Source of the DNA: Candidatus Gottesmanbacteria bacterium RIFCSPHIGHO2_02_FULL_39_11
Lineage (GTDB): Bacteria; Patescibacteriota; Microgenomatia; 2-02-FULL-39-11
NCBI GenBank assembly: GCA_001779195.1
Contig: MFJL01000022.1
Location: 1-56,573 of the forward strand
DNA: 56,573 nucleotides
Reading direction: 5' to 3'
Part shown: one piece after another, positions 8,944 to 16,894 of the stretch
Layout of the letters: the number at the start of each line of letters is the position of its first letter
Numbering within the stretch: position 1 is the first letter of the stretch
The notes under the pieces: model-generated
The model's input: only the letters and a program-made list of their open reading frames with translations
Told to the model about the DNA's origin: nothing
Database searches by the model: none
Position numbers and translations under genes: made by a program

Positions 8944-9717
8944 ATGCTACCCATTCTTTTTACCATCGGCAGGTTTAATGTATATTCATTTGGTTTTTTT
9001 CTTGCGCTTTCATTTCTTCTATCTACATTTATTGTCTGGAAATTCGCAAAAGAAGATCTAAAAGAGACGGAATACTTTGACGCATTTTTGTATACTAATA
9101 TCGTCGTTCTTGCTTTCGCCCGTATCTTCTATATTATTACTCATTTTAGCGACTTTGATTTTAATCCTCTGCGTCTTATCGTGGTTCGGGAGGCTCCGGG
9201 ATTATCACTTCTGGGCGGGCTAATAGGAGGCGCTGTTTTTCTTTTTTTCTATGCAAGGAGAAAGAAATATGATTTTTTGCATTTAGCCGATTTATTCAGC
9301 TTAGCTTTCTCTTTTGCTCTCATTTTTGCCAAAATCGGAGAGCAATTAGGGGGGGCAGGGTATGGGAGAGAGACCCGCTTTTTTTTGGGAGTCAAAGTGG
9401 TAGGGCTTACCGGAATCAGGCACCCCACAGAACTGTATGAAGCGCTTTTATATATTTTGCTTTCCATTATTCTTCTGGTTCTGTATAAAAAATCAGTCCG
9501 GAGAAAAATCCCCTCAGGAGTCGTTTCTTACCTCTTTGTGATACTGACTTGTTTTATCTTTTTCGGACTTGAATTTCTGAAGGAAAGAAGCGTATACTGG
9601 AGTATCTTAAGTGAGAGACAAATAGGATCTGTTCTTATTTTTCTGCTGATTTCAATTCCGGTTTTAAGAAAAATTATAATTGCTAAATGGTTATCTAAAA
9701 AGAAAAAAAACATATGA
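8944..9717 (+). CDS. lgt: Prolipoprotein diacylglyceryl transferase (Lgt)-like
   Basis: The multi-TM protein begins MLPILFTIGRFNVYSFGFFLALSFLL. HPTELYEAL matches the conserved Lgt HPtqLYE motif. The central motif is divergent (AKIGEQLGGAGYGRET). The start was chosen at the second ATG. Confidence 0.7.
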   Translation: MLPILFTIGRFNVYSFGFFLALSFLLSTFIVWKFAKEDLKETEYFDAFLYTNIVVLAFARIFYIITHFSDFDFNPLRLIVVREAPGLSLLGGLIGGAVFLFFYARRKKYDFLHLADLFSLAFSFALIFAKIGEQLGGAGYGRETRFFLGVKVVGLTGIRHPTELYEALLYILLSIILLVLYKKSVRRKIPSGVVSYLFVILTCFIFFGLEFLKERSVYWSILSERQIGSVLIFLLISIPVLRKIIIAKWLSKKKKNI

Positions 9718-10076
9718 ACTCCTTAAATGCCGACATTACCAAGCAAATGAAAAAAAGGCTTTTAGATGAAAAAGAAAAACTTTTGCAAACTCTTTCGTCT
9801 TTAAAAGCCCAGGATCCTTTTGCAAATACCGATAGATTAAATGATAATGCAGCCTCAGATACGGAAGCTAAAGAAGAAACAGATCATGAACGGTATGAGG
9901 CCATTATTAGCCAGCAAAGAAAAAGAATGTCAGAAATTGAGCTGGCGCTTAAAAGAATTGAGGATACAACCTATGGAATATGTCTTAATTGCGGCAAGCC
10001 AATTGAGCAAAAACGGCTCCTAGTAAACCCTGCAGCTGTGTACTGTTTAACCTGCGAAAAAAATCTTGAAAAATGA
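9714..10076 (+). CDS. DksA/TraR-family zinc-finger protein
   Basis: C-terminal four-cysteine finger CLNCGKPIEQKRLLVNPAAVYCLTCE after a coiled-coil region. Confidence 0.75.
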   Translation: MNSLNADITKQMKKRLLDEKEKLLQTLSSLKAQDPFANTDRLNDNAASDTEAKEETDHERYEAIISQQRKRMSEIELALKRIEDTTYGICLNCGKPIEQKRLLVNPAAVYCLTCEKNLEK

Positions 10077-10798
10077 TTTCTCCATCCGTACTTTTTGAAG
10101 ATGATAGTTATTTAGTAATAGATAAACCTTCAGGAATTTCAGTCAATCGCTCAATAAATGAAAAAGGGGAAACCATCCAGGATTTTGCCATCTCTTATCT
10201 TCATGTCCCTTTAACTCAGAAAAAAGAAGGAGAGGAGGATTCATTTTTAACCCGAAGCGGAATTGTACATAGAATAGATAAAGAAACATCAGGAATACTT
10301 CTTATTGCCAAGAATGAAAATTCTTTTAAAGCGTTACAATCCCAATTTCTGGACCGGACGGTTACGAAAAAATATATATGTCTTGTTCACGGTTTGTTGG
10401 GTTCTCCGGGCGGAACAATTAATGCACCAGTCGGAAGATTGCCCTGGAACAGGCGAAAATTCGGAGTCCTGCCGGAAGGAAGAGATGCAGTGACGGATTA
10501 TAAAACACTCTCTACATACAAAGGTACCTATGACAAATATCAAATGTTAGAAATGACTCCGCATACCGGGCGTACTCATCAAATTAGAATCCATCTTAAG
10601 CATATAAATCATCCAATTGTCTCAGACCCCTTATATGCGGGAAGAAAAGTATATCGGGATGATCTCACCTTTTGTCCCCGTCTTTTCCTGCATGCAAGCC
10701 AAATAACTATAAATCATCCGGTAAGTAATGAGTCATTAACTATTAAATGTTCGTTGCCAGCTGATTTGGAAAAAGTTCTAGAAAATTTTAAAGGTTAA
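10073..10798 (+). CDS. RluA-family pseudouridine synthase (no S4 domain)
   Basis: Catalytic motif HRIDKETSGILL, plus GRTHQIRIHL and LHA. The start overlaps the stop of the upstream gene. Confidence 0.85.
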   Translation: MISPSVLFEDDSYLVIDKPSGISVNRSINEKGETIQDFAISYLHVPLTQKKEGEEDSFLTRSGIVHRIDKETSGILLIAKNENSFKALQSQFLDRTVTKKYICLVHGLLGSPGGTINAPVGRLPWNRRKFGVLPEGRDAVTDYKTLSTYKGTYDKYQMLEMTPHTGRTHQIRIHLKHINHPIVSDPLYAGRKVYRDDLTFCPRLFLHASQITINHPVSNESLTIKCSLPADLEKVLENFKG

Positions 10799-10809
10799 TT
10801 TAGCAGTTC

Positions 10810-10839
10810 TTGACAGGTATTCACATTTTACGGTATAAC
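10810..10839 (+). promoter_or_regulatory. Sigma70-like promoter (TTGACA-18 nt-TATAAC)
   Basis: TTGACA at 10810-10815 and TATAAC at 10834-10839. The next ATG (10848) is 8 nt past the -10 box with no Shine-Dalgarno sequence. Confidence 0.45.
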
Positions 10840-10847
10840 AGCTACAT

Positions 10848-11000
10848 ATGGGATCATTTGGAGGATTTTATAAAGGAGAAAAAAGAAAACAAAAAAAATC
10901 TCTTCTTGAAAGAAAAGCGCAAAAGCTCTCAAGCTCAACGGGATCTTTTGTACTTCCACAAGTTGAAATCGTAAAAAAAGGCAAACGTGATGAAGAGTAA
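10848..11000 (+). CDS. Possible leaderless small basic protein (50 aa)
   Basis: ORF MGSFGGFYKGEKRKQKKSLLERKAQKLSSSTGSFVLPQVEIVKKGKRDEE, below the track length cut-off. It sits directly behind a strong promoter-like site, and its stop overlaps the start of the next gene. Function unknown. Confidence 0.25.
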   Translation: MGSFGGFYKGEKRKQKKSLLERKAQKLSSSTGSFVLPQVEIVKKGKRDEE

Positions 11001-12021
11001 GCAAGTTCGAAAAAAGAGAACGGCTCGCTTAATTCGATTGATCCTAACGTCTTTTTTTGTTATTCTTTTCATAATTGTAACCGGCATCATTTTATTTTTG
11101 TCTTTTTCTCCCTCTTCTTGGGACGGGAAAAGGCGTTTCACTATCATTGTTCAGGATGACTCTCCGACTTCAGAAGATCGCCAAAACCCCATCGGATTAT
11201 TTTCCATAGAGCCTGCACAGAACCGGGCAGTATACTTTATTTTGCCCGGTAATACTCTCTTAAATGTACCCTACGGATACGGTTCTTATCCGGCACGATC
11301 CATATATGCGTTAGGACTTTTAGACAAAAATCACGAAGCCGGAGAAATGGTTGCAAAAGCTGTCCAGTCCACTCTGGGTGTTTTTATAGACGGCTATATT
11401 ATTAACAAAGGAAAAGCACCCCTCACTCCTCACACTGAAGAAGAGATAGTTTCTTTTAAGAAAAAAACATTTTCACTCTTAACTGCCATTATCCATTTTC
11501 CTTCTTTTTTAAGAAATAATTCTTCTGTTTTGGATACTAATCTAAGTCTTCTAGAGCAAAATATGCTTTTTTGGAGAGTGCGGTCTCTTCGGGCGGATCA
11601 GATAAAATTCGTAAATTTGGAAGACTCATTTATTATAACTGAGGATAAATTCCCGGATGGACAAGCAGTAAAAACAATTGACCGGGACCTCTTTGAGCTT
11701 TTGGTATCCGGACTATTCCAGGACAGTGTAATCCGGAGCGAAAATCTAAGTGTAGAAGTCGTAAACGCAGCAGGAGTTGAAAAACTTGCTTCTTCCATGT
11801 CTCTCATTTTTGAACACCTGGGAGCAAATGTCATCAGTATGACAACATCTAAAAATGACCAAACAAAGGCTTGTCTTATGATTTGCGATCGGAAAGAATT
11901 ATACGGGTTTAAAACGGTCCAATTATTTACACGCCTTTTTAAATGCGATATACAGCAAAAAACTGACCAGGATTTACAAGGAGATGTTAGAATAATCTTA
12001 GGAAAGGATTTTATAAAGTAA
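10987..12021 (+). CDS. Membrane-anchored envelope protein, possibly LytR_C/LCP-related
   Basis: N-terminal basic region plus a TM helix (LILTSFFVILFIIVTGIILFL). The C-terminal segment SVEVVNAAGVEKLASSMSLIFEHLGANV resembles LytR C-terminal domains. Family assignment is tentative. Confidence 0.4.
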   Translation: MMKSKQVRKKRTARLIRLILTSFFVILFIIVTGIILFLSFSPSSWDGKRRFTIIVQDDSPTSEDRQNPIGLFSIEPAQNRAVYFILPGNTLLNVPYGYGSYPARSIYALGLLDKNHEAGEMVAKAVQSTLGVFIDGYIINKGKAPLTPHTEEEIVSFKKKTFSLLTAIIHFPSFLRNNSSVLDTNLSLLEQNMLFWRVRSLRADQIKFVNLEDSFIITEDKFPDGQAVKTIDRDLFELLVSGLFQDSVIRSENLSVEVVNAAGVEKLASSMSLIFEHLGANVISMTTSKNDQTKACLMICDRKELYGFKTVQLFTRLFKCDIQQKTDQDLQGDVRIILGKDFIK

Positions 12022-12189
12022 CATGCCTCTGCTTCCTTCAGCTATTATATTATTTCTCATCTCATTCATTTTAGCGGTGCATTCATCCTCAAAGGAACTG
12101 ACAACTCCTAAAGAATTGGTAAATCTCAAAATTAAAAAGAAAGAAGGGGTAGGAGGAGTTATTTTATTTCTTAAATCAAAAATTGTGCA

Positions 12190-12891
12190 TTACTCAAATT
12201 CATCTTCTGAGACTTGACATTTTTTCACTTCTTTAACGGGATCTGCAAATTCAATGGAATTGGGTAAAAACGACGGCTGATTTTTAAATCGTTTCCCCCG
12301 TTTATTCTCCCGCAGGAAAACACTCAAGCTTTTTTTATCCGTACTTTTGATAATAACCGTATAGGTATTTCCGGATTGCATAAGCCTAAGCAAACGAAAG
12401 GAAAGATCATCCGGCAGTACTCCTAAATATACTTTATTTTCATCCCTTACCTCAACGGAATGTCGCTTTATACACAAGTAGGCGTTGTCTCCGTTTTCAA
12501 GCTGTGAAAGAACGGAAATGGGAGCCACATTGATCAGATTTACTGATTTAGTTTTTCCCGGTTCCTCAAGAAAAAGATTGGGAGACATTTTAGTCTGCTT
12601 AACCGTACTTTTTTGGACTGTTTTTTTACTTCTTTTAGGAAGTGCGCTCAGTTTATTTAAATTTTTTTGGGCTACAAAGCAGTATTTATCCAAAAGAAGG
12701 ACCTTTCTATAGAGTTTTTTTGCTTTTTCAATGTTTTGCAGTTGTATATGGGCATAGGCAAGACGCAGCATTCCTTCGATGTTTGACGGGTCCATTTCTA
12801 TAATGGATTCATTTAAAGACACTGCGTCTTTCCAGTTATGGGATAGTGCTGATTCGATTGCGTTTTTACTTAAATTTGAGGTGGAAATCAT
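12190..12891 (-). CDS. TPR-like repeat protein, function unknown
   Basis: The N-terminal 100 aa have TPR character (WKDAVSLNESIIEMDPSNIEGMLRLAYAHIQLQNIEKAKKLYRKVL). The start was set at the ATG encoding MISTSNL. Confidence 0.5.
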   Translation of the reverse strand: MISTSNLSKNAIESALSHNWKDAVSLNESIIEMDPSNIEGMLRLAYAHIQLQNIEKAKKLYRKVLLLDKYCFVAQKNLNKLSALPKRSKKTVQKSTVKQTKMSPNLFLEEPGKTKSVNLINVAPISVLSQLENGDNAYLCIKRHSVEVRDENKVYLGVLPDDLSFRLLRLMQSGNTYTVIIKSTDKKSLSVFLRENKRGKRFKNQPSFLPNSIEFADPVKEVKKCQVSEDEFE

Positions 12892-12954
12892 GTGAAATAC
12901 ACAAGGAAGTGTAGAATTTAGCTTGAGAAAAGTCAAGAGGAGGAATATAATCTA

Positions 12955-13049
12955 AAGAGCGAAAAAGCGAAAAAGAGAGCAAGCGAAAAAGCGATTTTAA
13001 AATTTTTTCACTCTGTTTATCCTTTTCTCTCTTTCTCCTTTTCTCTTTC
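12955..13049. repeat. Purine-rich octamer repeats facing a pyrimidine-rich mirror arm in a divergent intergenic region
   Basis: gcgaaaaa occurs at 12959, 12967 and 12983. The opposing arm ccttttctctctttctccttttctctttc (13021-13049) is partly complementary. Confidence 0.6.
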
Positions 13050-13054
13050 AAATT

Positions 13055-13774
13055 ATGTCAGGACATTCTAAATGGTCGAAAGTAAAACATCAAAAAGAAA
13101 CAACAGATGCTGTCAAAGGTAAGATTTTTACCAAAATGTCATCGGCTATCATGATTGCGGTTAAAGAAGGGGGAGGGGGGGACCCTAACTCCAATTTTCG
13201 TCTGCGTCTTGCCATAGAAAAAGCAAAATCTCATAATATGCCCAAAGAAAATATTGAGCGGGCTATAGAGAAAGCGGTAAAAGCAGGAAGCGAAGGAGGG
13301 ATGGAACAGCATGTATATGAAGCCTTCGCGCCTGGGGGAGTGGGAATTATTATTGAAGCAACAACAGACAATAAACAAAGAACAGTTTCAGAGATTAAAA
13401 ATACCTTAGAAAGACACGGGGGAGTCCTGGCCTCTTCAGGATCTGTTTCTCATTTGTTTGATTATGTGGGGTTTATTGAAGTAACTAAAACCGGGAAAAC
13501 ATTTGACCAAATAATGGAAATTGCGTTGGATGCGGGGGCAATTGATTTATCCGACCAGGAGAAAGCAGTAGATATTTACACCTCTCATGACCATTTACAT
13601 AAGATTAAGGAAGAGCTGGTAAAAAAAGGCCTGACGGTTACAGAAAGCGAACTGATATATAAAGCGGTCAGCATTGTGTCCATTGAAAATCCAAACCAAA
13701 TGAAAAAAACAGAAGAACTGTTACAGATTCTGGAAGAAAGAGATGACGTTGCCGCAGTTTTTGCAAACCTATAA
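13055..13774 (+). CDS. yebC: YebC/PmpR-family transcriptional regulator
   Basis: Hallmark N-terminus MSGHSKWSKVKHQK; length and layout are typical of the family. Confidence 0.9.
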   Translation: MSGHSKWSKVKHQKETTDAVKGKIFTKMSSAIMIAVKEGGGGDPNSNFRLRLAIEKAKSHNMPKENIERAIEKAVKAGSEGGMEQHVYEAFAPGGVGIIIEATTDNKQRTVSEIKNTLERHGGVLASSGSVSHLFDYVGFIEVTKTGKTFDQIMEIALDAGAIDLSDQEKAVDIYTSHDHLHKIKEELVKKGLTVTESELIYKAVSIVSIENPNQMKKTEELLQILEERDDVAAVFANL

Positions 13775-13779
13775 CCTAC

Positions 13780-14604
13780 ATGCCGAAATTTCTTAAAAAA
13801 CTGGGCGTTCACAAACTAAGATTTCAATTGTTTCAGTTGGATAAACGTGAACGGTTTGCAATAGTTGTTCTTATTCTTACAGTGGGGATTTTTCTTTCTC
13901 AACTAATTCTCTCTGATATTCGTTTTTATCTGGTTATTGTGCTGTGCATAATGTCCTATGGTCTAACCCGTTGGGCGCTGCGGGAGGATATTAAAAAAAT
14001 AGAATGGATTACTCTTTTTATCCTTCCGGTTTTTTTCACGGGGTTTGTTTCATTTTTCTATTTTCTTCTCCCGGAGAGAATGATCAGCCGGATATTTACC
14101 TCTGTAGCATTCGCAGTTGGAATGTATGCTATTCTTTTGGTTGAAAATATATATAACGTTGCTTCTCAAAGAAGTATTCAGCTCCTTCGCGCCGCACACA
14201 GCGTAGGCTTTCTTCTCTCTCTTATAGTTTTATACCTCTGTGCAACAGTTATTTATTCTCTTCGCTTGCCATTCTTCGCAAACTTCATTATTTTTTTCTC
14301 TATTTCTTTTATTCTGTCACTTCAGTTCTTATGGTCAACACGCCTGGAATCTTTTATTTCTAAAAAAATTATTTTATATGCATTTATAACCGGGGTTGGA
14401 GTAGGGGAATTAGCCTTGGTATTGTCAATTTGGCCTATTCAGGCAGCCTCATTTTCTCTTCTTATAAGCTCAGGATTTTACGGTCTTGTGGGGGTATCCC
14501 AGCTGTATTTGTTAGAAAGACTCTTTAAACCCAATATCAGGGAATATATCATTGTATTTTTGTTTGTTTTTATTTTGTGTTATTTTACAACGAGCTGGGG
14601 ATAA
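13780..14604 (+). CDS. Polytopic membrane protein, function unknown
   Basis: 274 aa with at least seven hydrophobic segments and no recognisable motif. Confidence 0.55.
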   Translation: MPKFLKKLGVHKLRFQLFQLDKRERFAIVVLILTVGIFLSQLILSDIRFYLVIVLCIMSYGLTRWALREDIKKIEWITLFILPVFFTGFVSFFYFLLPERMISRIFTSVAFAVGMYAILLVENIYNVASQRSIQLLRAAHSVGFLLSLIVLYLCATVIYSLRLPFFANFIIFFSISFILSLQFLWSTRLESFISKKIILYAFITGVGVGELALVLSIWPIQAASFSLLISSGFYGLVGVSQLYLLERLFKPNIREYIIVFLFVFILCYFTTSWG

Positions 14605-14665
14605 CTATTTGAAAAAATGAGCTGAGAATCGGTGTGGGGGAGAGAAGTGTTTGCGAAGGTGCTTA

Positions 14666-14698
14666 CACTGTAATCCCGATTAAATCGGGATTACAGTG
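14666..14698. repeat. Perfect 15-bp stem / 3-nt loop hairpin
   Basis: cactgtaatcccgat-taa-atcgggattacagtg. No T-tract follows, so it is not a classical terminator. Confidence 0.85.
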
Positions 14699-14888
14699 AT
14701 ATACTATGATATAGTCCTATAGTAAGTATCCTATAGTATTGTGTATATCTTTTCACGTAACACTTTTCACGACAGACACTCAAGTTAGCACTCTCATCTG
14801 TCAACTGTGAATTATTCTCCTCTGATAAGTATATTTACTCACTTTACCTAAATAGAGAAGGTACCCGATGTTTGGACACAAAAACACG

Positions 14889-15096
14889 CTCAAAATTATA
14901 TAAATATATTGATATGAAGCTCCAAAACTAATTCCAAGCAGTTTTATTCTTACATACCTCTTTTAAGAGAGTAGAGGCCAACTCAAAAGTTATTAATTAT
15001 ATTGATATAAAGCTCTAAACTAATCCTGACAATTATTTTTATAAATTATTACACTCAAAAATATTAAAATATATTGATATGACAATCCAAATATAG
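14889..15096 (+). repeat. Three degenerate direct repeats of about 45 nt (iteron-like)
   Basis: Copies start at 14889, 14982 and 15054. They share ctcaaaa..(a/t)tatattgatat(g/a)a..c(c/t)aaa. Start-to-start spacings are 93 and 72 nt. Confidence 0.7.
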
Positions 15097-15185
15097 CAGT
15101 GGAAAATACCCGAAACACTTTTTAGCAGTGCATATAACTGCACTATACACCTATGCACATTAAGAACATAAGAGAGTCATTCATT

Positions 15186-15385
15186 AATAAGAAAGCGGAC
15201 TGCTCAAAGTAGGCTACCTCGCAAGAGGAAGGATTCCCCCCGGGAAGATACCGGCTATTTTCACGGTTTTGTGGTACCGCTTCTTTTTATGGTGTCCCGG
15301 CCCTGGGGAACACAAGACTATATAGTCGCACAATAACTCTTTTGCGACGTTGTGAGCGTAGATATGGAGAAGTGCTCCTTTTAAT
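15186..15385 (+). ncRNA. Candidate structured RNA (unassigned family)
   Basis: A locally GC-richer segment in an ORF-free gap, with nested helices by hand. aagcgg (15193-98) pairs with ccgctt (15277-82) and is followed by cttttta. Also present: cctc-GCAA-gagg (15217-28), ttccc/gggaa (15234-46), accg/cggt (15250-67), gtcgca/tgcgac, and ggag-aagtg-ctcc followed by ttttaatttt. Strand was guessed from the T-tracts. Confidence 0.2.
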
Positions 15386-15472
15386 TTTAAATTATAAATT
15401 ACCCATTTTAAATTAAATTAACCTCATTTATATGTTACTATAACGTAAATTAATTCCCTTCTAATCGGGTCT

Positions 15473-15867
15473 GTCATCCCGGGCCTGACCCGGGATCCAT
15501 CTTACAATACTCGCCTTTTGAGCTCAAAATGAGGCTAATTTGTCATCCCCGATCTAATCGGGGATCCATAGGTATGGATTCCCGCCTTCCCATAAAAACT
15601 CTAACGAGTTTTCAGGGTAAACGCGGGAATGACACATTACCAAGTTAAGTGAGAACTAACCCATCCTAGGGCACTACAGGGGCTTAAAAATGAGGCTAAA
15701 TAGTTGAGATGTCCTTCCAGGTTTTTAGAAAGAAACTTAATTAATTTTTTTTATGTAGAAGTAGTCTCGAAACTTTTACATCTCTGTCATGCTGAATTCA
15801 TTTCAGCATCTTCAGAAGATTCCTGAACCGAATTCAGGACAGGCTCTGAAACAAGTTCAGGATGACG
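15473..15867. repeat. Cluster of REP/MITE-like short hairpins (GTCATCC..GGATC family)
   Basis: Hairpins found: atcccggg-cctga-cccgggat (15476-96); atccccgat-cta-atcggggat (15545-65); attcccgc...gcgggaat (15578-15630) with inner aaaact/agtttt; atgctgaa-ttcat-ttcagcat (15789-15809); cctgaa-ccgaa-ttcagg (15822-38); and ctgaa-acaag-ttcag (15846-60). Confidence 0.75.
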
Positions 15868-15931
15868 GTTTAGAGATGACTTCTAGGTTACTCATGATAG
15901 TTTCTTCCCATACAACGGGCATTCTACGTAG

Positions 15932-15949
15932 TTGACAAGTATTTGTCAA
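15932..15949. promoter_or_regulatory. Perfect 7-bp inverted repeat abutting the recombinase start codon
   Basis: ttgacaa-gtat-ttgtcaa. It contains TTGACA and ends 1 nt before the ATG at 15950. Could be an operator or a promoter element. Confidence 0.3.
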
Positions 15950-16894
15950 ATGTCGCACAATGATGGTATGACTCTTCCTGAATCCGTACAGAAATTTTTT
16001 GAATATTTGGAAATCGAAAGAGGAAGCTCACGACTGACAATAAGGAATTATCGTCACTATATGGCCCGTTTTATGGACTTTTTGCAGGTAAATTACCCCA
16101 AAGTACTCTCCCCTACGGAAATAACAAATGACATCATTCGTTCTTACCGGTTATATCTTTCCCGTTTCACAGATGAGAGTGAAATGCCTTTAAAAAAAGT
16201 TACGCAAAATTATCATCTGATTGCCATACGGGCATATCTGAAATTTTTGCTGAAAACGGATCTGCCGGTATTATCTCCTGAAAAGATTGATTTGGGAAAA
16301 GCAGAAAGCAGGTCCCTAAAATTTTTAGACAGATCTCAGGTTGAACGTTTGATGAATATGCCCTCAATATCGGATGTTGCCGGTCTTCGGGATAAAGCCA
16401 TTATGGAATTACTCTTTAGTACCGGTCTTCGGGTGAGCGAATTGGTACGTCTCAATCGCGACTCGGTAAATTTTGAGACAAAAGAATTTGGAGTGATTGG
16501 AAAAGGAGGACGGGTACGCGTCGTTTTTATGTCTGATGCCTCAATTGAATGGTTAACTCGCTATCTCTCTGAAAGAGAGGATGCTTTTAAACCATTATTT
16601 ACCCGGGTTGGAGGAGCTAAACCCGATCCGACAACTCCGGATGAAAAAATGAGACTGACAACACGCTCAGTCCAGAGAATTGTAGAAAAATATGTAAAAA
16701 AAGCCCGACTGCCTATTAAAATTACTCCACATGGGATCCGTCATAGCTTTGCGACGGATCTGTTAAGGAGTGGAGCGGATATTAGAAGCATTCAAGAAAT
16801 GCTGGGACATAAAAACATTTCTACAACTCAGATATATACCCATGTTACCAATCCGCAACTTAAAGAGATCCACGAGAAATTTCATAGACGTTAG
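15950..16894 (+). CDS. Tyrosine site-specific recombinase, XerC/XerD type
   Basis: N-terminal SAM-like domain (FFEYLEIERGSSRLTIRNYRHYMARFMDFL). Catalytic motifs GLRVSEL (Arg), HGIRHSFAT (His-x-x-Arg) and LGHKNISTTQIYTHV (His...Tyr). The start was set at the first ATG; the track ORF begins at a TTG. Confidence 0.85.
   Translation: MSHNDGMTLPESVQKFFEYLEIERGSSRLTIRNYRHYMARFMDFLQVNYPKVLSPTEITNDIIRSYRLYLSRFTDESEMPLKKVTQNYHLIAIRAYLKFLLKTDLPVLSPEKIDLGKAESRSLKFLDRSQVERLMNMPSISDVAGLRDKAIMELLFSTGLRVSELVRLNRDSVNFETKEFGVIGKGGRVRVVFMSDASIEWLTRYLSEREDAFKPLFTRVGGAKPDPTTPDEKMRLTTRSVQRIVEKYVKKARLPIKITPHGIRHSFATDLLRSGADIRSIQEMLGHKNISTTQIYTHVTNPQLKEIHEKFHRR

Noticed and set aside
12023-12217. 64-aa plus-strand ORF after the LytR_C-like gene
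   Set aside because: It has a hydrophobic N-terminus, but its 3' end overlaps the convergent TPR-like gene and it has no motif or RBS. It was left uncalled.
14889-15096. Possible CRISPR array (three repeats with intervening unique sequence)
   Set aside because: There are only three copies, and they are clearly degenerate rather than near-identical. The units are about 45 nt with unequal spacings (93 and 72 nt start to start). No cas genes are in the window. The repeats are better described as iteron-like.
15431-15447. dif-like Xer recombination site (tatgtta-cta-taacgta)
   Set aside because: It is only a 7-bp imperfect inverted repeat with a 3-nt spacer. It does not match the 11-6-11 dif layout or the conserved XerD arm (TTATGTTAAAT-like).
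14605-15931. Chromosomal replication origin (oriC) in the large non-coding gap
   Set aside because: I found no good matches to the DnaA box TTATCCACA; the best are 6-7 of 9. No dnaA or dnaN gene is adjacent, and I cannot compute skew over the contig from this window alone.
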